Positions 1-8,228 of a stretch of 64,000 nt of DNA are shown in pieces. The notes beneath the pieces are model-generated. The model had not been told where the DNA came from, made no database searches, and saw nothing but the letters and a program-made list of their open reading frames with translations. The stretch spans positions 947 through 64,946 of the IMG/VR virus record IMGVR_UViG_3300037424_000553. One strand, 5' to 3'. The stretch comes from a virus. Positions within the stretch are counted from its first letter, which is position 1. The number at the start of each line of letters is the position of its first letter. The position numbers and the translations under genes were made by a program.

Positions 1-8
1 CCAAGTGT

Positions 9-257
9 TCATAGCTTCACCTCATCGGCCATCGACTTGGCCAGTCCATCTTGAGTCAGCGCCATCTGACGCCGCTCATACTGATTCGTCTTGCCGCGAC
101 CCAGCTCAACCGTCCGCTGCCAAGTCACGATGCCGTTCTTCAGGATCTGATACACGATGCGCGTCGCCTGTACCTGCGTCTTCGTCGTGATGCCCTTCCC
201 GAAATCCTCCACGATCACCGGGTGCTCGCTATCGGGATCTCGTCTGCACGATCTCAT
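9..257 (-). CDS. hypothetical protein
   Basis: ATGA overlap with upstream gene; 82 aa. Confidence 0.6.
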   Translation of the reverse strand: MRSCRRDPDSEHPVIVEDFGKGITTKTQVQATRIVYQILKNGIVTWQRTVELGRGKTNQYERRQMALTQDGLAKSMADEVKL

Positions 258-1270
258 GCGTTGGCCACCTTGCTCGGCAGCTTCACCGCTCTGATGGGCG
301 CCGCCGTGACCAGGACATCCAGGTTGCTAACGATCGCGCCGAAGTCCTGCGCGACCTTGGTCCGGAACTTCTCGTCGTCCCGCAGCGTCTCGACATCGAC
401 GCCCTTCATAAGCTGCTCGAGCTGCTTGACCACCAAGGCGAGATCCCTGTCATCGGTCACGTCTTTCGGATTGAAGTTCTCGATGAACTCCATGATGTGC
501 GTGATCGCCGACTGCCGGAAAACTTTCTTCTCGCCCTTGGCCGTGCTCCCTTCCAACCGCTCCTTGAGGTGAGACGTCGCCTCGTGGAGCTGCTTACGCA
601 GGAGCATCCGGATGTCCGCTGCCGCCTCCAGCATCTTGTTCTTCAACTGCTCGGAGTGAAACAGGTACATCTTCGGGTTGATCTTCTCGAGGCGACCAGG
701 GACGCGCTCCTCTGACGCGTTGAACTCCATGTAGAAGGCGCCCTTCAACGCGGTCACCGGCATGTAGTCATCCTCGTGGTACAGCGCCCCGAGTCGCTTC
801 TTGGCGTTCGCTTTCGTCTCGGGGTAGACCGCGACCAGCTTGTCCACCAGCGCCGGGAGATCCACGGTCTGGTACTGCAACATCTTCGCCATGACCTCCT
901 CTACCGCATCCATCGGGATGAGGTAGTAGGACTTGCGGAGCGTCGTCGGGATCGCCTTGATGCCGAGGTACTTCTTGATGGTCCCGTACAGCGTCCTGAT
1001 CGCATCGTACTCGTCGCACTCCAGGAGCTTCTTGCCGACGGACAGCATCTTCTTGTCGGTCTCGTCCTGATCAGCCTCGCGCTTGACGTCGATCTGATCC
1101 TTGTCGACCTTGCCTCGGAAGCCGGGCATCCCGAACGTGAACTGGAAGCAGAGCCCGCGGTCGAACACGCTCGCCGTGACAGGGGCAGCCAACTCCTTGT
1201 GCACCGGCTGCTTCAGGGTGGTGGTTGCCTTCTTGACTGGCGACTTCTTCTTGGTTGCAGTGGTTGCCAT
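254..1270 (-). CDS. DUF3150-like phage protein
   Basis: 338 aa helical protein with SD AAGGAGG; overall resemblance to DUF3150 family by recall. Confidence 0.55.
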   Translation of the reverse strand: MATTATKKKSPVKKATTTLKQPVHKELAAPVTASVFDRGLCFQFTFGMPGFRGKVDKDQIDVKREADQDETDKKMLSVGKKLLECDEYDAIRTLYGTIKKYLGIKAIPTTLRKSYYLIPMDAVEEVMAKMLQYQTVDLPALVDKLVAVYPETKANAKKRLGALYHEDDYMPVTALKGAFYMEFNASEERVPGRLEKINPKMYLFHSEQLKNKMLEAAADIRMLLRKQLHEATSHLKERLEGSTAKGEKKVFRQSAITHIMEFIENFNPKDVTDDRDLALVVKQLEQLMKGVDVETLRDDEKFRTKVAQDFGAIVSNLDVLVTAAPIRAVKLPSKVANA

Positions 1271-1275
1271 GAGTC

Positions 1276-1500
1276 TCAGACCTCCTTCTCAGCTAGGTGA
1301 ATTGCATTCCGTGCAGTCTCGCGAGCTTCGATGAGACGCGGCAGACCACGCTTCTGACTCTCCGCCTCGCCGAGCTCATGATTGGTGAGCAGCACCTTCA
1401 ATGCGTGGAGCAGCTTCGGCGCTGCCTCGTGCAACTGACAGTGCTCTGGATCCCAAGCCCTGCTGTGAAGATCGAGCTGACAGCGTGTGCAGGGCATCAC
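1276..1500 (-). CDS. hypothetical protein
   Basis: Coupled small ORF. Confidence 0.6.
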   Translation of the reverse strand: MMPCTRCQLDLHSRAWDPEHCQLHEAAPKLLHALKVLLTNHELGEAESQKRGLPRLIEARETARNAIHLAEKEV

Positions 1501-1700
1501 TTGCCTTTCTTCGGCTCGACGTAATCTTGCACATCGAACGAATTCACCGTGTACTGCCCGCCGTTGTCGCAGTCGAGCGTGCTGGGGTCCGCACTCTCGA
1601 TCGCCTCGCGCAGCTTGTCAGCCAACTCATCGCGAGGCGCGAACTTCCCGGTCTCCCGATCAACTTCCACCGTGACGAGGAACTGAAACGTGTGTGCCAT
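1497..1700 (-). CDS. hypothetical protein
   Basis: TGATG overlap with ATPase stop. Confidence 0.65.
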   Translation of the reverse strand: MAHTFQFLVTVEVDRETGKFAPRDELADKLREAIESADPSTLDCDNGGQYTVNSFDVQDYVEPKKGK

Positions 1701-3244
1701 CACTTTCCTTTCTTGATGTTGACCACGCGCTTGCCCTCGCTCACATCCTCGCTGGGCATCGACGCCGGCTCGATGTCATGCTCCTGCGCCCACTTCTTGA
1801 AGTTCTCGATCTCGTGCGGCCGGGTCCTGCTCAGCGGCTTGATGCCGTTGATGGCCTCTCTGAGCAGCGTCATCGGCGCGGTCTTGGCGTTCTGCGCGAA
1901 CGTCGCCGCCGAGCAGAACTGAATCGCGTTCCGGATCTCACGACCGTTGTACCCCTTCGCCCACTCGGCCGCCTGCTCGAAGTCCTCTGTCTTGTAGGAC
2001 TTGAACATGAGCCGCTTGCCGCAGTGGATCCTGAAGATGTCCTCACGCTCGGCGTCGTTGGGGAGGTCGACGAAGAAGATCTTCTGGAACCGGGAGAGCA
2101 GCTCAGGCGTGAGCTTCTCCTGCTTGTTGACGCAGGCGACCGTGAGCACCCGCGACCTGTGCTCCTCCAGCCAGGTCAGCAGCGTGCCCGCCATCCGCTC
2201 CTCCCACGGGTTGGCGCTGCTCTGCCCCTGCGCCCCAGCGAGCCCCTTCTCCGCCTCGTCCCACCAGTCGACGATGGGCTCCATCGCCTCGACCAGGGCG
2301 TTGCGGTCCATGATGTTGTTCTCCACCGCCCCGACCTTGGATCCACCCTGCGAGAAGATCTTGCCGAAGTCGGTCTTCACGCAGCCGACCTTGAGATACG
2401 ACGGGATCGACTTCGCCATCTCCGACTTGCCGCAGCCCGGGACACCGCTGAACAGGATCGTCCGCGGGAAGTCCTCGATCAGGAGCCCTGCCGCCATCGC
2501 CTGCTCTGGATTCCAGAACACCGGGGCGACAGTCTCGAGATACCGCTTGAAGCGGCCGAACCCACCGACCATGCCCGGCCCCTGAGTGCTCTCGATCCAG
2601 TCGAGCAAGCCAGACTTCTGGAGCATGCCCGCCTTCTCGCGCAGGACCACGCGCACCGCCTTGCCGTTGAACGCCCCTTCCTGTGCGAGCGCCAGCGCGA
2701 AGCCGTTCTTCGCCTCGCTGATGGTCATGCTCTTCGCAGCCTGAATCACCGCCGTCCGCTCGCTGACGTCCAGCGTCTCGCCGCTCGCCTGCTCCGTGTC
2801 TGATACGATGCGGTCGAGAATCGTCCCCAGCTGCTCCGGCGTCGGCAGCGCGAAGGGGAGGAGCACGATGTCCTTCTCCAGCTCGGTCGGAATGTTCACC
2901 ACCGGACCGGTGAAGACGATGCACTTACCCGTCTGCTCCAGATGCGGGATGAGATCCCGGAGCATGCGGATCACAGTGCCGTTCCCGATGGCACCGTGGA
3001 AGTCCTTCAGGATGATGAGGTGCTGATCGGGAACGCCGCTCGAGATCTGCGCCAGCATCTGCTCGATGCTGACCTTCCCCTTGATGCTCTCGTGCCCGTG
3101 CCAGCCGAGCGTGGACGACCAGTAGACCTTCAGCTGGATGTCGCTCAGCTCGTTCATCAGGCGCTGCTCCTCATACGTCTTGACGAAGAGCAGCGGGTAT
3201 CTCGCGTTGCGGTACTGCTCGAGAGTGTCGAGGAACTTACTCAT
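1700..3244 (-). CDS. Ycf46/SpoVK-like AAA+ ATPase
   Basis: Walker A GVPGCGKS, Walker B DWWDEAEK, second region of homology PELLSRFQKIFFVDLP; SD AAGGAGG before ATG 3244. Confidence 0.85.
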   Translation of the reverse strand: MSKFLDTLEQYRNARYPLLFVKTYEEQRLMNELSDIQLKVYWSSTLGWHGHESIKGKVSIEQMLAQISSGVPDQHLIILKDFHGAIGNGTVIRMLRDLIPHLEQTGKCIVFTGPVVNIPTELEKDIVLLPFALPTPEQLGTILDRIVSDTEQASGETLDVSERTAVIQAAKSMTISEAKNGFALALAQEGAFNGKAVRVVLREKAGMLQKSGLLDWIESTQGPGMVGGFGRFKRYLETVAPVFWNPEQAMAAGLLIEDFPRTILFSGVPGCGKSEMAKSIPSYLKVGCVKTDFGKIFSQGGSKVGAVENNIMDRNALVEAMEPIVDWWDEAEKGLAGAQGQSSANPWEERMAGTLLTWLEEHRSRVLTVACVNKQEKLTPELLSRFQKIFFVDLPNDAEREDIFRIHCGKRLMFKSYKTEDFEQAAEWAKGYNGREIRNAIQFCSAATFAQNAKTAPMTLLREAINGIKPLSRTRPHEIENFKKWAQEHDIEPASMPSEDVSEGKRVVNIKKGK

Positions 3245-3483
3245 GTGGTTGGATCCTCCTTGGGAGTGGTGGTGTTGCCATCGACTTCTGCCGTCTCGCG
3301 TCGAGGCGAGTGCTTGCCCGTGTTGTTCTTGCGATAGTCGGTCAGCTTGTACCACGCCGCGTAGGCGCCTTTGCTCTTGTCGGCGGGGAAGTACCGCCAG
3401 ACGCCGCCCTGTTCATCGAGCGCAAAGAGTCCATCGCGTCCGACGCCGATCTGCTTGAATACTGCCGGTGCACTGTCGCTCAT
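3241..3483 (-). CDS. hypothetical protein
   Basis: ATGA overlaps at both ends. Confidence 0.65.
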   Translation of the reverse strand: MSDSAPAVFKQIGVGRDGLFALDEQGGVWRYFPADKSKGAYAAWYKLTDYRKNNTGKHSPRRETAEVDGNTTTPKEDPTT

Positions 3484-3710
3484 GCGTCGGGCCCCTTCGG
3501 ATCCACGACGTACTCGCCAAGGGCGATGTCGCGAGCCAGTAGATACTTGTTGGCGAACCCCTTCCGATTGCTCGTCCCTTCCAGGTCCAACGTCTCGACA
3601 TGGAGTGCGAGCACCTTGGTCACCATGAAGATATTTCCGCTGTGCTTGTGGAGCAACCATGTCTTGAACGGAATGTGCGCCTGCGGTTCGGGCTCACGCT
3701 GCTTGCTCAT
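3480..3710 (-). CDS. hypothetical protein
   Basis: Coupled ORF. Confidence 0.6.
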   Translation of the reverse strand: MSKQREPEPQAHIPFKTWLLHKHSGNIFMVTKVLALHVETLDLEGTSNRKGFANKYLLARDIALGEYVVDPKGPDA

Positions 3711-3990
3711 CAGCGCTTGCCCTTCTTGGTGACCATCACCTTCTTGCCACCAGGCTCGACACCATCGATGCGTTCGCCGTTCGCGTCGATGAGTATCATG
3801 CTGCAGCCCGGCGTCGCGCTCTTGAGGATACAGCTGAGCATGCGGGCCTGATCCACCGTGACGATGGAGCCGGGCATCTCGACGTATGCCCGCTCGGCAT
3901 GGGCGTCAGCTTCATCTCGCCAAAGCGACGCCCACCGGCCATGAGGTTGAATCCCAGCGCTGCCTCCAACTGTCGGTCATGCTCGATCAT
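3710..3990 (-). pseudogene. small gene interrupted by a probable 1-nt deletion near 3900
   Basis: SD-led frame has high GC3 until about 3900; a second high-GC3 frame continues to a stop overlapping the next ATG; total 281 nt = 3x94-1. Confidence 0.5.
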
Positions 3991-4050
3991 TGATCGTTCT
4001 CCTTGTGGGTGGTGAGTGGTTGACCTAGACTCTCCCTCTTCCTGTGATGT

Positions 4051-4956
4051 TCAGCTCTTCTGGGTAAGCTTCAACGCCCGCTTGGCGTCGATCTCCTTCT
4101 TCGCCTTGGCGTGATCGTTATTGACCTTGACCGCCTTCACCAGATTGACCAGCGGCTCGAGCCGATCGGCATGTACGTTCACTGGCTCGTCGCCGATACT
4201 GACGCTCACCGTCACGTTCACAGTGCCGTACTCGGTCGGCTCCACGTTGATGCTGATCCCCTCGGTCGCGAGCTTCAGACTGCCGGAACCTTCGTAGTAG
4301 CGGGGGATACCGAACTGCGTCTCGATCGCCTGTACGATCCGCTTGGCCTTTTCGCGACGCCGTAACGCCTCGGTGTCACGATCGTGTCGAGCGTTGATCC
4401 GTGCGACCTGCTCCTCGGCACGCTCCACCAGCTTGTCGGCGATCTTCTTCGGCGTCGCCTTCTCCAGCGGCAGGTTCATCGCCAGCCCTGGATGAGTCCT
4501 GATCTTCACCATGCTCGGGCTGAAGCTGTGCTTGCCAGCCTCGAGTCCGACCGACGGTGAGTACACGCCTGACGCCGTGATGTGCTGCAGATTCAGCGTG
4601 ACTTCCGAGTGATACTCGGCGACGAACACCGTCCAGGTCCCGACTACTCGAGCATCGCTGAGCAGGACCTTCGCCGTGTCCCACACCCGCTGCCGCCACG
4701 GGACGATCTTGTCATCGTAGATGTCGCGACGCTCACCGTACTCCGGCTCGGTGCCACGCTCCTTCGTGTCGTCCATGATGACGTACTTCGCGCAGAGCGC
4801 GATGAGCTCGACGTAGCTGCCGATCTTCTTGTGATCCTCGTCGAACTGCTGCCGATCCCGACTGCCCCCGATCGTCTTCCGAACGATGGCAGTGAGAGTG
4901 AACGGATCGTCGACGCCCTTGGTGTATACCACGCGCATGCTCTTGACGTAGGCCAT
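4051..4956 (-). CDS. hypothetical protein
   Basis: 301 aa, strong SD, native codon bias. Confidence 0.8.
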   Translation of the reverse strand: MAYVKSMRVVYTKGVDDPFTLTAIVRKTIGGSRDRQQFDEDHKKIGSYVELIALCAKYVIMDDTKERGTEPEYGERRDIYDDKIVPWRQRVWDTAKVLLSDARVVGTWTVFVAEYHSEVTLNLQHITASGVYSPSVGLEAGKHSFSPSMVKIRTHPGLAMNLPLEKATPKKIADKLVERAEEQVARINARHDRDTEALRRREKAKRIVQAIETQFGIPRYYEGSGSLKLATEGISINVEPTEYGTVNVTVSVSIGDEPVNVHADRLEPLVNLVKAVKVNNDHAKAKKEIDAKRALKLTQKS

Positions 4957-4959
4957 GAT

Positions 4960-4980
4960 GTGATCTCCTCTCAGTGGTTG
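4960..4980 (-). repeat. start-associated repeat CAACCACTGAGAGGAGATCAC, copy 1
   Basis: Identical 21-mer at 7701-7721; contains SD. Confidence 0.85.
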
Positions 4981-4993
4981 TAGGTTGGTGGGA

Positions 4994-5395
4994 CTAGGCT
5001 GACAGCGGTTCGCTGCTCTTCATGTGCTGCTCGGTCTGACGATGCGCCATCAGCGTCGTGGAGTTGATGATCATCTGACACCGGTTGCACCGGAGCACGC
5101 TGTCCCATGGCTTGTCGATGTTGAGCACCACCTCGTAGGTCTTCTTGCGGAGTCCGTAGTTCAGGACGTTGATGGTCGTGTGAAGCAGATCGAACTCCTC
5201 GAGCGTGAAGCCGATGCTCATCCCGTTGGTGTATCCACCGCGCGGACCTCGCGACCATGCCGCGTACTGGACGTTCTGTACACTCTCGCCATCCTTGTTC
5301 AGGACGACGGAAACCTTCTTGGTGCTCTCACCAGCCTTACCATGCTTCGTGTTCTGCTCGAAGATCGTCAGCGTGGTGATCATGTGCTCACTCAT
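4994..5395 (-). CDS. hypothetical protein with C-terminal C2H2-like motif
   Basis: CNRC...H..TEQH. Confidence 0.7.
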   Translation of the reverse strand: MSEHMITTLTIFEQNTKHGKAGESTKKVSVVLNKDGESVQNVQYAAWSRGPRGGYTNGMSIGFTLEEFDLLHTTINVLNYGLRKKTYEVVLNIDKPWDSVLRCNRCQMIINSTTLMAHRQTEQHMKSSEPLSA

Positions 5396-5396
5396 G

Positions 5397-5684
5397 CTAC
5401 TTACCCTCCAATCGTATCAGGTTGAGGTACTGCTTGAGGTTGAACACCTGCAGGTGAACCGGCAGACCGCAGACGTGCTGCCCGTTACACTCCGCGTGGA
5501 GCGCGTCGATGTTCTTCAGGACCTGGGCGAGCGGGAGCACTGGCAGCTTGCGCGGGCCCTCGTTGACCGGCTCGTTGGAGAACTGCTCGAGGAGCTGCGG
5601 ATCCACGGTGAGCTCGATGCGGTTGGACCGATTGAACTGGATCATGTGGTGGTCTCCTTGGTTGTCGAGTGGTTGATGAAGCAT
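5397..5684 (-). CDS. hypothetical protein
   Basis: Packed ORF; start uncertain. Confidence 0.55.
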   Translation of the reverse strand: MLHQPLDNQGDHHMIQFNRSNRIELTVDPQLLEQFSNEPVNEGPRKLPVLPLAQVLKNIDALHAECNGQHVCGLPVHLQVFNLKQYLNLIRLEGK

Positions 5685-5929
5685 TACGCCGACTGAGGAA
5701 TTCCGAAGTGCTCGCGGCGGTGCCGCGTGAGCATCCGCCAGATGGTCCCGATGGTGACTTCGCGCTCGGGCAGCATGAGCGCGATACTGGTTACCGGGTC
5801 CGTGAAGATGACGATCTTCTCGCCATCCACGGTCTGCTGGATCCCGTTGTAGCGCGCCCCGCAGAGCGAGATCGACAGCCCCGGGCCGGTGTGGATGTTC
5901 TCCGTGCTGATCGTGTCGAGGAGTATCAT
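5684..5929 (-). CDS. hypothetical protein
   Basis: Packed ORF. Confidence 0.6.
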   Translation of the reverse strand: MILLDTISTENIHTGPGLSISLCGARYNGIQQTVDGEKIVIFTDPVTSIALMLPEREVTIGTIWRMLTRHRREHFGIPQSA

Positions 5930-5930
5930 G

Positions 5931-6224
5931 TCACTTGATCTCCAGGATGAGCTTCATCGGTTCCGGGATCATCTCCCAGACGTGATCGAGCGCATCCTTG
6001 TAGTCCATGTCCATGTGATACCGCTCGCTCTGCATCCCCATGACGCAGAGGATTGCCGCCCGACGCATGAAGATCTTCTGCTTCGCCTCATCGACGACGC
6101 TGGCGTGAGCATGCCGCGCCGCGTTCTGCTTCTCGTGCTCCTTGAGTGCCTCAGGCAGAATCGTCACCTGGCAGGTCGTGCAGAACACTGCCCGCCCCTG
6201 ATCGCCACCCGTGATGTACGCCAT
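5931..6224 (-). CDS. hypothetical protein
   Basis: SD GGAGG before ATG 6224. Confidence 0.65.
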   Translation of the reverse strand: MAYITGGDQGRAVFCTTCQVTILPEALKEHEKQNAARHAHASVVDEAKQKIFMRRAAILCVMGMQSERYHMDMDYKDALDHVWEMIPEPMKLILEIK

Positions 6225-6226
6225 CG

Positions 6227-6418
6227 TTAATTCCTCCAGGCTATGCCGGTTGGATTGCACACCGGCGTCCGCATCCCATCGGGGTAGCGGATCTGTTTGA
6301 CTTTCACCGCGCAGCTGCTGTCCACCACCTGCTGACGCTCGGCCTCTGTCGAGTGCCCGAGGACAGCCCAGAGAAAGAACGTCGTGATGATGAATAGTGT
6401 GACTAAGGCTCCGAGCAT
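6227..6418 (-). CDS. small membrane protein
   Basis: N-terminal hydrophobic helix. Confidence 0.6.
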   Translation of the reverse strand: MLGALVTLFIITTFFLWAVLGHSTEAERQQVVDSSCAVKVKQIRYPDGMRTPVCNPTGIAWRN

Positions 6419-6594
6419 TACTTGATCTCCTGTTCGTCAAGGATGGTGGTGATGGTCTCGTGATCGTCGAGAATGTTCGCGGCCTCTTCGAGATACCGCT
6501 GTGTCGAATCATCCAAGCACTTGTCCGCTTCGATCTTGAATGCCATGGCCAAGATCTGTGCCGCCTCGATGAGCTGCGCTCTCGTCAACGTCAT
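6418..6594 (-). CDS. hypothetical protein (58 aa, below ORF-track cutoff)
   Basis: MTLTRAQLIEAAQ..., coupled at both ends. Confidence 0.6.
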   Translation of the reverse strand: MTLTRAQLIEAAQILAMAFKIEADKCLDDSTQRYLEEAANILDDHETITTILDEQEIK

Positions 6595-6785
6595 GGTTTG
6601 GTCTCCATGTTCGGGAGGATCGTCGTCTCGATGTAGATCGCATGATCACAGCCCTCGCAGCCCTCAGCGACGTGGGCCTCAGCGAGGTCGTTGACTATTT
6701 GCAGGGTCGCACCCTTGCCAACCCACCCGCAGGTGCAGAGCGCTGTCCGCGGTGGATTCCAGACGTTCGGGCCGTAGGTCCGCAT
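6591..6785 (-). CDS. small Cys/His-rich protein
   Basis: CTCG...H...C motif. Confidence 0.55.
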   Translation of the reverse strand: MRTYGPNVWNPPRTALCTCGWVGKGATLQIVNDLAEAHVAEGCEGCDHAIYIETTILPNMETKP

Positions 6786-7024
6786 CAGCTCAAGATCTCC
6801 TTGGTTGATTTGGTGATATCAGACCAACTTCCGCAGCCACCCAGGATCTCGGAGCAGACGAGCATATAAGGTAGCGTGTAATCACGCTTGATGTCACCCG
6901 TCCCAGTCAGTCGCTGGTTGATCTGAATCAGGAGTGACCGGCCCGAGCATGACCGCCGATGGTGGAGCGGGTCATCGCCAAACTTACGAAGCTCCACTTG
7001 GACTCCCTTGACTCGAAGCTTCAT
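6785..7024 (-). CDS. hypothetical protein
   Basis: Packed ORF from MKLRVK. Confidence 0.55.
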   Translation of the reverse strand: MKLRVKGVQVELRKFGDDPLHHRRSCSGRSLLIQINQRLTGTGDIKRDYTLPYMLVCSEILGGCGSWSDITKSTKEILS

Positions 7025-7025
7025 G

Positions 7026-7244
7026 TCAGATCCCGCTCGCATCGTCGAGAATCTTGTGGCACTCACGCTGTGACAGCTTGCGAGTGTCGATGATCGCGAT
7101 GACGCTATCATCCTCAGTATCATCGATCAAAGTGATGAAGAGCCGCTCGCTGCCAGACCATCTGTTTATGGTCTCAGCCAGCTCCTTGATGACGCTCTCG
7201 GGACTCTCCTTCCAGTCGAACAGAACGATCTTGGGCTCGCTCAT
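7026..7244 (-). CDS. hypothetical protein
   Basis: Coupled ORF. Confidence 0.6.
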   Translation of the reverse strand: MSEPKIVLFDWKESPESVIKELAETINRWSGSERLFITLIDDTEDDSVIAIIDTRKLSQRECHKILDDASGI

Positions 7245-7396
7245 GCGGCAATCTCCTCGACCACGGTGTCGTGGCGGTATGGTCGACGGATGTCCTGATC
7301 CTCGTGCCGGCTGGCAACCAGCTCAGCCTCAAGCAACTCGCTGACGCTGAGCGACTCGACGAACCACCCGCACTTACAGCTGATCGTGGCGGTCAT
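7241..7396 (-). CDS. hypothetical protein (51 aa)
   Basis: MTATISCKCGW..., ATGA overlap. Confidence 0.55.
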   Translation of the reverse strand: MTATISCKCGWFVESLSVSELLEAELVASRHEDQDIRRPYRHDTVVEEIAA

Positions 7397-7398
7397 GG

Positions 7399-7698
7399 CT
7401 ACTTGACCTCCTCGATGGTGAGCTCTCTCACCGTATCCTTGATGAGCACGCCCCAGATCCCGCGGGCATTGATCTTGGTGATCCGGTAGACGCGCTCACC
7501 GGTCCCGGGCGCTGCAACGAATCCACCGAAGTTGTCGCCCACCTTGTAGCGAGCGATATACGCGCTGTCGTCCATCAGGCAAGCCGGCTCGCCACCCTGC
7601 GGTTTGCCACAGGTGTGACGATCATCGGTCTCGTGATTGAAGCTGAAGGACGTCCGGCTATAGATCAGGATCACGGGGTTGAGTATGAGTCCGGGCAT
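7399..7698 (-). CDS. hypothetical protein
   Basis: Preceded by the start-associated repeat and SD. Confidence 0.7.
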   Translation of the reverse strand: MPGLILNPVILIYSRTSFSFNHETDDRHTCGKPQGGEPACLMDDSAYIARYKVGDNFGGFVAAPGTGERVYRITKINARGIWGVLIKDTVRELTIEEVK

Positions 7699-7700
7699 TG

Positions 7701-7721
7701 GTGATCTCCTCTCAGTGGTTG
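7701..7721 (-). repeat. start-associated repeat, copy 2
   Basis: Identical to 4960-4980. Confidence 0.85.
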
Positions 7722-7749
7722 AGTAGTGGTCGTACTGCATGCCGAGTGG

Positions 7750-7884
7750 CTACCGCGCCCGCTTCAGCTTGACGACTCGAGCCGAGAGACCGCGTCGCCG
7801 GATATAGCGGGCCATCTCATCGGCGTCCTTCTTGTTGAACTGCAGGATCTCACCGAATCGCCAGACGACCATCCACTTGAACAT
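7750..7884 (-). CDS. hypothetical protein (44 aa)
   Basis: MFKWMVVWRF..., follows the stop of the previous gene. Confidence 0.5.
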   Translation of the reverse strand: MFKWMVVWRFGEILQFNKKDADEMARYIRRRGLSARVVKLKRAR

Positions 7885-7886
7885 GG

Positions 7887-8144
7887 CTATTTGCCCTCCT
7901 TGATCCAGCTCAGATCGATGCCCAGCTCCGCCGCGTAGGCGATCCCGGCGTCGGTGAAATACAACCAGGTCTGTCCCTCGTCGCGCTGCGTGCCAACCAA
8001 CTTGGCCCGCTTGAGTTGCGTGAGGTTGCCGCGAAGTTCCTTGCTGCTCTCGACGTTCCCGCCGACGAGCGGCATCCCGCTCCAGTTCCCTGCATCCTTC
8101 GCGAACGCCTCGAACAGTGCCTTGCTCGTGTCAGTCAACTTCAT
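7887..8144 (-). CDS. small winged-helix-like protein, first gene after the ribozyme
   Basis: SD GGAGG; LRGNLTQLKRAKLV...WLYFTDAG resembles a wHTH. Confidence 0.6.
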   Translation of the reverse strand: MKLTDTSKALFEAFAKDAGNWSGMPLVGGNVESSKELRGNLTQLKRAKLVGTQRDEGQTWLYFTDAGIAYAAELGIDLSWIKEGK

Positions 8145-8160
8145 GATGTGGTGTCCTCCA

Positions 8161-8228
8161 GTGGTTTGGTTTCGGCCTTACCTCGGCCCTCCTCAGTCAG
8201 GGATGTACCCTGAGACCATCATGACCAC
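8161..8228 (-). ncRNA. type III hammerhead ribozyme
   Basis: UGGUC / stem I UCAGGG-UACAU-CCCUGA / core CUGAGGA / stem II GG(G)CC-GAGGUAA-GGCC / GAAA / ACCA; stem III extended by GUGGU:ACCAC; predicted cut between 8214 and 8213. Confidence 0.88.
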
